A stretch of 64,000 bases of DNA from a virus, in IMG/VR virus record IMGVR_UViG_3300042934_000768, positions 6,449 to 70,448 of that record; one strand, 5' to 3'. Both the position numbers and the translations under genes were made by a program. Shown here in pieces: positions 7,233-14,971 of the stretch (positions are counted from its first letter, which is position 1; every line of letters begins with the position of its first letter). The notes beneath the pieces were generated by a model that saw only the letters and a program-made list of their open reading frames with translations, was not told the origin of the DNA and did no database searches.

Positions 7233-7282
7233 GTTATTAGTCACTGATCGAACCTTGTTCAATATCCCCTATCAGATCGAAT

Positions 7283-7317
7283 CAGAAACAGCGGGCGGCA
7301 CACCCGCTGTTTCTCTG
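7283..7317 (+). terminator. Strong hairpin, probable terminator of a short RNA
   Basis: AGAAACAGCGGG-cggcaca-CCCGCTGTTTCT. Confidence 0.6.
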
Positions 7318-7348
7318 TATCTAGGACTATTTACATGGAAAATAGTTC

Positions 7349-7377
7349 TTGTTTTCTGACTATGGACATGCTATTAT
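7349..7377 (+). promoter_or_regulatory. parM promoter with extended -10
   Basis: TTGTTT-17 bp-TATTAT preceded by TGn. Confidence 0.55.
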
Positions 7378-7387
7378 TGTGGTACAG

Positions 7388-7415
7388 TGTCGGACAAAGT
7401 TAAAAATGTCCGACA
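7388..7415. repeat. Inverted repeat TGTCGGACA-N10-TGTCCGACA (candidate ParR autoregulatory site)
   Basis: Directly visible between the promoter and parM start; shares the TGTC core with 7095-7148. Confidence 0.55.
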
Positions 7416-7441
7416 AAAACAGATGGGAGATGAACGATTGC

Positions 7442-8647
7442 ATGGCGAAGGCAAAAGAGCAAGTAGTCGAGTCGAAGTTTAAGGTAACCAGTGCAATTCT
7501 TTGCCCGATTGATAACGGGTTCGGGTGGAACAAATACTTATCCAGTATCATGGGAGACTTTGCGTTTCCGAGCATCGTTGCCGAAGGCGGCCATACGACA
7601 AAGACGTTCCGAATCCCTGGCATTGATCGGACGAAGATGGTCGTAACGACAGACGACGGTACATATACAGTGGGTGACTTAGCCCGCAACAAAATGACAG
7701 GTACAATCTCCAATCGGACGGTTGAGCGGGATCGGGCGAACGATCCGGAAAGCAGAACTCTATTCAGAACGAATATCTCCCTGAACACGCCGGACGAAGA
7801 AGGCGAGTACAACGTGATCGTGCAAACGGGTCTGCCCAATGCCGACTATTCCAAGCAGATCAAGGAAAACTTGGAGGAGTTTCTGAAGCAGCCGTTTGAA
7901 ATCAGCTTCGACCTGGGCGGTGGCCGATCCATCTCAAAGAAGATCAAAGTGGAGCGGGTCGAGATCCTACGCCAACCAGAGGGAACGATCGTGCATCGGA
8001 CGATGCGGTTTAATCCGAAATTCAAGGAAGACGGCGAGTTGTTTATCCCAGTCGAAGGCGCAGCACAGTATGTCGGGGTAATCGATGTCGGCCAAGAAAC
8101 ATCGGACTACTGCATCTTTGACGGTGCTTACCTGACGGACGAGGATCGGACCTGCAAATCGGCGATCGCCACGAACGCTGTATACGACAAGCTTCGCACA
8201 AGCCTGGCAAAACGATTTGCGGCAGAAGGCTACAGTAACTTCTCAGCAACCGATACGGATCTGGATATCATCACTCGGACCGGCAGTTTCCGCTATGCAC
8301 AGGAGGATCACGATTGCTCTGCCGAGCTGGCCGAAGCCGTCAAAGAAGTCGCCGAGGTCATCGTCAGCGACGTAGCCCGATCCTGGGGCAATGAGGCTAA
8401 CCGTCTGGAGGAGATCCTGATCACCGGTGGCGGTGCCGAAATCTTCTACGATGCGCTGGTAGAAGCCTTCGAAGCCCGAAAGGTTCGTGGGCTGGTCAAA
8501 GTGGATATGAGCCAGTACAGCAACGTGATGGGCTACTACATCCGGGCCGTCATGTCGATGCTGGACGAAGGATATGATCCGCAGCTGCTGTTTGAAAACT
8601 ACGCAAAACCATACCTTGAGATGATGGGTGAGAACGATGAGGCTTGA
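7442..8647 (+). CDS. parM: ParM/StbA-family actin-like partition ATPase
   Basis: Actin motifs IDNGFGWNK, QPEG, IDVGQETSD and ITGGGA; start uncertain within 7430-7442. Confidence 0.9.
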   Translation: MAKAKEQVVESKFKVTSAILCPIDNGFGWNKYLSSIMGDFAFPSIVAEGGHTTKTFRIPGIDRTKMVVTTDDGTYTVGDLARNKMTGTISNRTVERDRANDPESRTLFRTNISLNTPDEEGEYNVIVQTGLPNADYSKQIKENLEEFLKQPFEISFDLGGGRSISKKIKVERVEILRQPEGTIVHRTMRFNPKFKEDGELFIPVEGAAQYVGVIDVGQETSDYCIFDGAYLTDEDRTCKSAIATNAVYDKLRTSLAKRFAAEGYSNFSATDTDLDIITRTGSFRYAQEDHDCSAELAEAVKEVAEVIVSDVARSWGNEANRLEEILITGGGAEIFYDALVEAFEARKVRGLVKVDMSQYSNVMGYYIRAVMSMLDEGYDPQLLFENYAKPYLEMMGENDEA

Positions 8648-8822
8648 AGCTAGGGTGCGAAAAGGAGATGCGGATACGGTGCTTCGAGAGCACTTTGAGC
8701 CGATCCCTGATGGCGACCGTTCGCACGAAGTACGTCGTCTGCTTAAAATTGCGATAGAATACGAGAATAATCAAAAGAAATTGAATAATTTAGGTAAAGA
8801 TTCGAGCCAGCAGCCCCATTGA
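8637..8822 (+). CDS. ParR-like small DNA-binding adaptor (RHH-like)
   Basis: Overlaps parM; strand-helix-helix pattern ending RSHEVRRLLKIAI. Confidence 0.65.
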   Translation: MRLEARVRKGDADTVLREHFEPIPDGDRSHEVRRLLKIAIEYENNQKKLNNLGKDSSQQPH

Positions 8823-8840
8823 TCGGGGGCTGCTTTTTTT
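8809..8840 (+). terminator. Intrinsic terminator of parMR
   Basis: AGCAGCCCC/GGGGCTGCT hairpin followed by a long T run. Confidence 0.85.
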
Positions 8841-8988
8841 GTTGCCTGCAGAGCGAGTTTTAGTTGAATAAAGGGTACGGTGTACAATTAAAGAGCAGGG
8901 GTCTAGGCACCGCCCTAACTAACACCGATTGGGATATCAGGGGGTGAGGGTGCCGACCCCTATTCTTTATTTTAGGGGGATGACAAGG

Positions 8989-9738
8989 ATGAGTACGGGA
9001 CCCAAGACAGAAGCGGGGAAGCTGACTGTATCTCAAAACCTGAGCCCTACCGCATGGACTTTGAATCCTGATGCCGTAGCGGCTATTGATGTGGCCAAGC
9101 GGATGCGAAATACAAAGCACGGCCTATATGCCAGTGTGCCAATCATTTGCAAAGGCCAGGCCTGCCCCTATCGGGAGAACTGTTTCCTATACAAAGCGGA
9201 TATGGCTCCAACGGAAGAGAAATGCCCGATCGAGATTGCAGCCATTGAGGATCTCTACGATCGCTACTGCGTGCATTTTAAGATAAATCCAGACGACCCT
9301 CGTAACATGGTCGATCTTATTATGATCCGTGAGCTGGTCGATATTGGCGTCACCATGCTGCGGTGCGACAACAAGATGGCGATCGATGCGGATTTTATTA
9401 TTCAGAACACCATCGGCATGACCGAGGATTCGGAGCCGATCACCAAATCCGAACTCCATCCGGTTGTTGAGTATAAGGAAAAACTGCGGCAGAGCCTGTT
9501 TAAGACGATGCAGCTCATGAACTCGACCCGTAAGGACAAAGAGGGCACGAAGATTACTGTCGAGATCGATCCGTCCGAACGGGCAGCGCAGATGCTCAAG
9601 CTCAAGCAGGATATGGTCATATTGGATGAGCAAGAAGACGAGCAAGAAAAAGCCTATTACGAACGCATGAGGGGGACCGCAACGGTCATCGACGTGAAGC
9701 CGATTGGGTTCGAGGAAGGGGAGGAATCTCATGGCTAG
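8989..9738 (+). CDS. Putative terminase small subunit
   Basis: STGPKTEAGK...KHGLYA motif seen in phage TerS-type proteins, a Cys cluster, and position at the head of the packaging operon. Confidence 0.6.
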   Translation: MSTGPKTEAGKLTVSQNLSPTAWTLNPDAVAAIDVAKRMRNTKHGLYASVPIICKGQACPYRENCFLYKADMAPTEEKCPIEIAAIEDLYDRYCVHFKINPDDPRNMVDLIMIRELVDIGVTMLRCDNKMAIDADFIIQNTIGMTEDSEPITKSELHPVVEYKEKLRQSLFKTMQLMNSTRKDKEGTKITVEIDPSERAAQMLKLKQDMVILDEQEDEQEKAYYERMRGTATVIDVKPIGFEEGEESHG

Positions 9739-10069
9739 TGTCAAGTTTCAAGGCTGGTTCCACAAGACCGGAGAGCGCCGGATGGATAACCTGTGGACCG
9801 GATATGAGGCCGGCAGGAACACGAAGCGGGTCGGAATGGGCATCATGGGCGGCATGGCCGGATACTCCTTGGTTAGCCAAGCGAACGAGTATCACCATGA
9901 TCTGGCTCATGTATATGCCAATGACGACCGTGGGATCCAGTCTCTGCCGTCCACGCAGGCCGACGGTCGAGGATACTGGGCTCATAATGGCGGCGAGCCA
10001 GCCCTCGGAGCTACCGGGGATTTGGTCTTTGCTCTCCATAATCTGAGGCACGGGGGAGGCGGAGCGTAA
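9731..10069 (+). CDS. Gly-rich membrane-associated phage protein
   Basis: GGAGG RBS; VGMGIMGGMAGYSL segment. Confidence 0.65.
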   Translation: MASVKFQGWFHKTGERRMDNLWTGYEAGRNTKRVGMGIMGGMAGYSLVSQANEYHHDLAHVYANDDRGIQSLPSTQADGRGYWAHNGGEPALGATGDLVFALHNLRHGGGGA

Positions 10070-10527
10070 TGCACACAGTCCCCTATCAAGCAACGCATCA
10101 GCAGAACAGTCCTGCCGGAAGAAAGACGGTCGGTCAGCATGCCAAATCCGCCTGGAAGAACTCCGGCGGGGTTATGGGCGTCGGCTTCACTGGGTTCGAC
10201 TTCTACAGCCGGGTAAAAGACGGCGAGAGTCTCCTGCCCGCCGCAGGAAAAGCGCTGGCGACCAATGCTTTCTGGTCCATGATGCCAGGAGGATGGGCAG
10301 CCATGCTTGGATTGGCGGCCGTTCAGATGGCACCTGCAGCGATGGATGCCATTGATTCGGCAGCCTCCGGCTTGGGACAGAAATCCCAGGCGTTTGGCGG
10401 CGGGTTTACCCAGAATGAGACCCAAGAGTGGATGAAGACTGAAGGAATCACGAACATGACCAATGCTCGGCAAAGCGCCGCTGCCGTGATGGCCAATCAT
10501 GCTCGTGGGGCCAGAAAGCTCTATTAA
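10069..10527 (+). CDS. Gly/Ala-rich membrane-associated phage protein
   Basis: TAATG stop-start overlap; hydrophobic helices. Confidence 0.65.
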   Translation: MHTVPYQATHQQNSPAGRKTVGQHAKSAWKNSGGVMGVGFTGFDFYSRVKDGESLLPAAGKALATNAFWSMMPGGWAAMLGLAAVQMAPAAMDAIDSAASGLGQKSQAFGGGFTQNETQEWMKTEGITNMTNARQSAAAVMANHARGARKLY

Positions 10528-10548
10528 TGAACAAGGGAGGGAAAGGCC

Positions 10549-11196
10549 ATGAATCAGCCATATCAACGAGTTACCAGCGATAGCGTATTTGATGGCGCAG
10601 CATTTGGAGCTGCAGTCGGTGCAGGTGGCGTTGGTGCAGCGCATTACTTCACCAATCGAGCAGCTCAAAGGTCGCTTGAAAATGCGAGAATGCGGAAGCC
10701 TAGCGCCGCCGCAGTTGCACCTGCCGGGCTTCCAACTGGACCCGCCGTAGCGACTGCAGCCGCATCCTTGTCTCCGGGCACGCCAAGAGGAAGACGAACA
10801 GGCGGTTCGGTGGCTACGCCGAACGTCATGTACGGTACGCCGCCAGCTGCGCTTCCGGCGGGTCGGGTAAGAGGAAACGCCAACACGGCAAACACGTCAG
10901 GTGTCATCAATATGGGCAGTGGAGGCTCTTTCGGTAGAGACAATATTTTGCCTGTGGCGGGTAATGGTGCTCCTCCAGCTGTGGTGGGTGGCGGTCCGGC
11001 TGCCGCTGCAGGAGCTGCGGGTGCAGGTCACGTCGGCAATGGCCATAACGTCATCGACCCGCCGAAGGATATGAGTGCCTTGAGGCGTCAATCCAGATTT
11101 TTCGGCAGCGGGCGTGCAAGAGCGCTCAGCTATGGAGCGGGTATTCTCGGTATGGGGCTCGTCGGCGCTGCAATCGACGGTGCCAACCGATCCTAG
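10549..11196 (+). CDS. Gly-zipper low-complexity protein
   Basis: GAAFGAAVGAGGVG and GAGILGMGLVGAA segments flanking a disordered linker. Confidence 0.65.
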   Translation: MNQPYQRVTSDSVFDGAAFGAAVGAGGVGAAHYFTNRAAQRSLENARMRKPSAAAVAPAGLPTGPAVATAAASLSPGTPRGRRTGGSVATPNVMYGTPPAALPAGRVRGNANTANTSGVINMGSGGSFGRDNILPVAGNGAPPAVVGGGPAAAAGAAGAGHVGNGHNVIDPPKDMSALRRQSRFFGSGRARALSYGAGILGMGLVGAAIDGANRS

Positions 11197-11208
11197 TAGG
11201 TGATCGCT

Positions 11209-11631
11209 ATGATGCAGAGCAATCAGCCCTACCAAAAAGCCGATGACTGGTCCTATCAATGGGATAAATCCTTGAAAGCCATCGGATTCGGGGTCGTTCA
11301 AGGTACGGTTCAAGAAGTCGCTGCTACTGCGCTTGGCGAAGGAAGGCTGGCAAACTGGCAGTTCCGTAAAGGCGACATCCAATCTGATAATCGACTTGTA
11401 AGACACTTCATCAAGGATGGAAACGTAAGCCGGGCGGTTCGTGACAACATGCTCTATCAGAACAAAAACTGGGGCGACAACCTGCAGGAGTGGGGCATGA
11501 AGGCTGACAGTCGTGCAGTGAAAGTCGCTAAACACTTACCGGATATCGGGCTGAAAACCAATTTGGGGCGTGTCTTGAACTACGGAACTGCGATTACCGG
11601 CGGGATGCTCGCCGGGTTTATGCAGGATTAA
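11209..11631 (+). CDS. Hypothetical protein with hydrophobic Gly-rich C-terminus
   Basis: Operon packing; ends TAITGGMLAGF. Confidence 0.6.
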   Translation: MMQSNQPYQKADDWSYQWDKSLKAIGFGVVQGTVQEVAATALGEGRLANWQFRKGDIQSDNRLVRHFIKDGNVSRAVRDNMLYQNKNWGDNLQEWGMKADSRAVKVAKHLPDIGLKTNLGRVLNYGTAITGGMLAGFMQD

Positions 11632-11645
11632 GGCAGGTGGAATAA

Positions 11646-13448
11646 ATGACGATCGATTTGAGCGAATTTCTACCTGATAATGACCACGAGCTGGTCACAG
11701 AGCGAATTACCGATGAACAGATGGACGAAATGGAGCGGGAGATCCGATCCGACCCCATCAAATGGGCGCTATGGAAGCTGAAAGACCCCAAGGGTAATCA
11801 GTGGAAGGCCCGGTGGTATCAGCGGAAATTGATCCGGGATATCATGAAGGGCGCTCGCCGACTGGCTGTCCGTATGGGTCGCCGGGTCGGTAAAACCGAA
11901 ACAATGGTTATCTTCTGTTTGTGGTATGCCTTTCATCATAAAAATGCACGTTTGATCATAGCGGCGCCTTACGAAAACCAAATTCGCTTGATCTTCATGC
12001 GGATCAACGAGATGATCAACGATTGCGAGGAGCTGTCAGATGCGGTTGTCTCGAACACGAAGAATCCGTTCATGATTTCGTTCGGAAATGGCTCTACGAT
12101 CATGGGCTTCACCGTCGGCGCCACGCAAGGGCAAGCCGGTGCCTCCATCCGGGGGCAGCGGGCCGACTGGATCTTCATGGACGAGATTGACTATATGGAC
12201 CGGGGTGGTATTGACGCCACAACTGCCATTGCTATGGAAGATCCGAACCGGATCGGTATCTGGTGTTCTTCGACGCCAACCGGGAAGCGGGACTTCTTTT
12301 ACGAAGTTTGCACGAATCCTCATACCGGTTACCACGCCTACCACTTCCCGTCGATGGTTAACCCGGACTGGGATGAGCGATTAGAGGGCGAGCTGCGGGC
12401 GACTATGACCGAACAGGCCTACATCCATGAGGTCATGGCAGAGTTTGGAGAAGAAACCGTCGGAGTATTCAGCAAAGCGGCGGTTGAGCGAGCAAAATCA
12501 CAATATCTGTATGCGTATCGTGAGCTGAACGTCTGGGAGCGGGAGCAGTACAAGAAGCTAGGCATGGCCGTGGATGACATCGTTTATTTCGGCCCGTATA
12601 CTAAGACTAGGCCCGCATCGAGAGCAATCCGCATCGGCGGCGTGGACTGGGATAAGTACGCAAATGCCACACAGATTGTCATCTCCGAGTTCGACGAGCT
12701 CCATAAAAAGTTCCGAGTGACGGCACGTCATGAAATTCCAAGAGGTGATTTCACCTATGACAATGCCGTTCAAACGATTATCGAGCTTAACGAGATCTAT
12801 GATCCAAAGTTCTGGTATATCGATGCCGGACACGGCGAGTATCAGATCGAGATGCTCCACAAATACGGCCTGGAGAATCCGGAGTCGGGCCTCTTGAAAA
12901 AAGTGAAGCGGGTCCACTTCTCCAATATGATCGAGATCCGAGATCCGGGTACTCGTGAAGTGGAGAAGAAAGACGCCAAAAACTTCATGATCAATCAGAC
13001 TTCCATTCTGCTCGATCGGGATCAGATCATTCTCTCCCCATTCGACGACATGATCTGGAAGCAAATGATGGATTATCAAGTTGTGCGGATCTCCCAGAAC
13101 GGAAAGCCGATCTACACCAGCGAAAACGAACATGCTTTGGACGCTTTTATGCTGACCATCATGGGCTTTACGCTGGAGTTTCCGGATATCACGAAGATTC
13201 TTGAAGAAATCAGGGTAGCTCGAAAGGCATTACCACTAAAACATAATGGGAATCAAAAGCTGGCCGAGAAAGTGTTTGGCGGCAGCCGAGATGTGTACAC
13301 CCCGGTGAAGCGAGACACCAGGGAAGCGAAGGACAATCCGAATTGGCACTGGAACAGCGTGCCGCTCGGGTATTCCAAGCAGAAATCAGCGAGCCCATGG
13401 GGCCGTGGCAGTACGAGCGCTAAGCCGATGAGAAGACCGGGATTTTGA
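11646..13448 (+). CDS. terL: Terminase large subunit
   Basis: GRRVGKT Walker A, FMDEID Walker B, STP motif, RNase-H nuclease GGVDW...EHALDA. Confidence 0.95.
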   Translation: MTIDLSEFLPDNDHELVTERITDEQMDEMEREIRSDPIKWALWKLKDPKGNQWKARWYQRKLIRDIMKGARRLAVRMGRRVGKTETMVIFCLWYAFHHKNARLIIAAPYENQIRLIFMRINEMINDCEELSDAVVSNTKNPFMISFGNGSTIMGFTVGATQGQAGASIRGQRADWIFMDEIDYMDRGGIDATTAIAMEDPNRIGIWCSSTPTGKRDFFYEVCTNPHTGYHAYHFPSMVNPDWDERLEGELRATMTEQAYIHEVMAEFGEETVGVFSKAAVERAKSQYLYAYRELNVWEREQYKKLGMAVDDIVYFGPYTKTRPASRAIRIGGVDWDKYANATQIVISEFDELHKKFRVTARHEIPRGDFTYDNAVQTIIELNEIYDPKFWYIDAGHGEYQIEMLHKYGLENPESGLLKKVKRVHFSNMIEIRDPGTREVEKKDAKNFMINQTSILLDRDQIILSPFDDMIWKQMMDYQVVRISQNGKPIYTSENEHALDAFMLTIMGFTLEFPDITKILEEIRVARKALPLKHNGNQKLAEKVFGGSRDVYTPVKRDTREAKDNPNWHWNSVPLGYSKQKSASPWGRGSTSAKPMRRPGF

Positions 13449-13610
13449 TGGTTTGGGAATGCCCCGAAGTAATGCGTTGTCCCTCTTGGCATCCCCCTGA
13501 GAGGTGGAAGGGCAACAAAATATCCCCTGTCCCCTTTTCTTTGGCTAGGCTTATCTCTTTCCCTGGGGCGGCGGAGCAATCCGTCGCCTTACATATTTTC
13601 TGGATAGGTG

Positions 13611-14888
13611 ATGATGATCATGGATTTGGATGAGCTGTATGGAAAGCCGGGGATCGACACCCCTTATGAACGAGAAAAAATCACATATCGCCCCCATGTG
13701 GCCATGTCGGATCAGGACCGATTCTACCGGATCCACCCTTCCACGATTCTTCGCATTGAGCGCTCCAAGGATTTCACCATTTCACGCAGCCTGATCGACT
13801 ACGATGCGCTGGCCAAAGAGATTGAGGAGCTGATGGGCGTCATCAAAGAACGGCACAAAGGCGCCGATCTCAATCAATACCAGGAATCCCTTAAAAACGG
13901 AGCCCATAAAGAAGTGATCGCATGGGAAGACAAATTCAGCGGCCACCGGGGGACGCCGGACATTGAGATTTACACGATGCTGGCCCGCATGAAAGCTTCT
14001 GTGGAATCCAGACGGGATTTCCTGGATCTGCACTACCGCAACCAAATCACAAGCGACAGACATGTCGATCAGGTTAAGCAGCGAGAGGAGCAGTCGATTG
14101 ACGAATGGATCCAGATGGAGATCAAGTTTCAGGAGATCGAAGAGCAGATCCATGCAATGTATCAAGATCATGGCCATGATGAGCTTTACGAGGAAGACAG
14201 TATGAGGACGCAGATTGCCGCCCTGGAAGCAGAGTTGATGAGCCAAGATGCAGCGAAGAAGGCGAGAAGCACGTTCCATACGACGCTGGCCGACACCTCG
14301 TATGTGCATCGCAACCGCTACTTGATGTTTAAGCAAGTGCTGGAGAAAGCGAAGCAGCTGGTCCGCACGCCGCAGTTGATCTTGGGTGACGGGGTGGAGG
14401 AGCTGCTCACGAGGCTGGCCACGCTCCCGGACCGACCGGGCGCCAAGAGCCACCTGATCCTTTCCTTCCGGGAGATCAAGAACAACCATACACAGCTAAA
14501 AGGTCAGTTCATGATGATCGACGACCAAAAGGAAGAGTTCATTTCGAAGCAGCAGTGGTTCTTTCAGCAGCTTCAAGTCAAATCCAACCAGACTCTGCAG
14601 GACTGGCTATACAATCAGGACGAGAATGGAGCCAGCGCCTTTCAATCATTCGCCGGCTTGATCGTCGGTTCCATGAAAACGACGGGTGAAAAATATCAGG
14701 GAAGCAATGCGGAAATCCTCAGATTTTACCAGCATGAGGCGGTTTTTTATGACGACCAGATGGGGCTAATTCAAAAAAAAGAGGAATTGCGTAGATTTCT
14801 TAAAATATTAGAGGATTTGGAAGAGGCGGGTGTTGTCACCGTGGAATGGGCTCAAGATTATCTAAAGGCACAAGGCTATCACAGTTAG
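13611..14888 (+). CDS. Helical hypothetical phage protein
   Basis: Long ORF between terL and portal; start uncertain within 13608-13620. Confidence 0.7.
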   Translation: MMIMDLDELYGKPGIDTPYEREKITYRPHVAMSDQDRFYRIHPSTILRIERSKDFTISRSLIDYDALAKEIEELMGVIKERHKGADLNQYQESLKNGAHKEVIAWEDKFSGHRGTPDIEIYTMLARMKASVESRRDFLDLHYRNQITSDRHVDQVKQREEQSIDEWIQMEIKFQEIEEQIHAMYQDHGHDELYEEDSMRTQIAALEAELMSQDAAKKARSTFHTTLADTSYVHRNRYLMFKQVLEKAKQLVRTPQLILGDGVEELLTRLATLPDRPGAKSHLILSFREIKNNHTQLKGQFMMIDDQKEEFISKQQWFFQQLQVKSNQTLQDWLYNQDENGASAFQSFAGLIVGSMKTTGEKYQGSNAEILRFYQHEAVFYDDQMGLIQKKEELRRFLKILEDLEEAGVVTVEWAQDYLKAQGYHS

Positions 14889-14895
14889 TGGAGTG

Positions 14896-14909
14896 TGTAA
14901 TGCATTACG
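14896..14909. promoter_or_regulatory. Operator TGTAATGCATTACG
   Basis: 13/14 match to the palindrome; upstream of TGTATAAT and the portal gene. Confidence 0.7.
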
Positions 14910-14971
14910 AACTTCATGTATAATTGAGAATATATGAAGCCAATTTGCGGTAAAAGGGGAGGTGTAATTCT

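Noticed and set aside
7249-7260. Third LexA box CGAAC-CTT-GTTC
   Set aside because: Spacer is 3 nt instead of 4.
11646-13448. Intein or intron in terL
   Set aside because: The ORF is a continuous 600 aa with normal motif spacing and no C...HN splice motifs.
13460-13530. TPP riboswitch (CTGAGA and GTAATGC words present)
   Set aside because: Motifs are in the wrong order, the CCTGAT/AGGGA core is missing, and the context is not metabolic.
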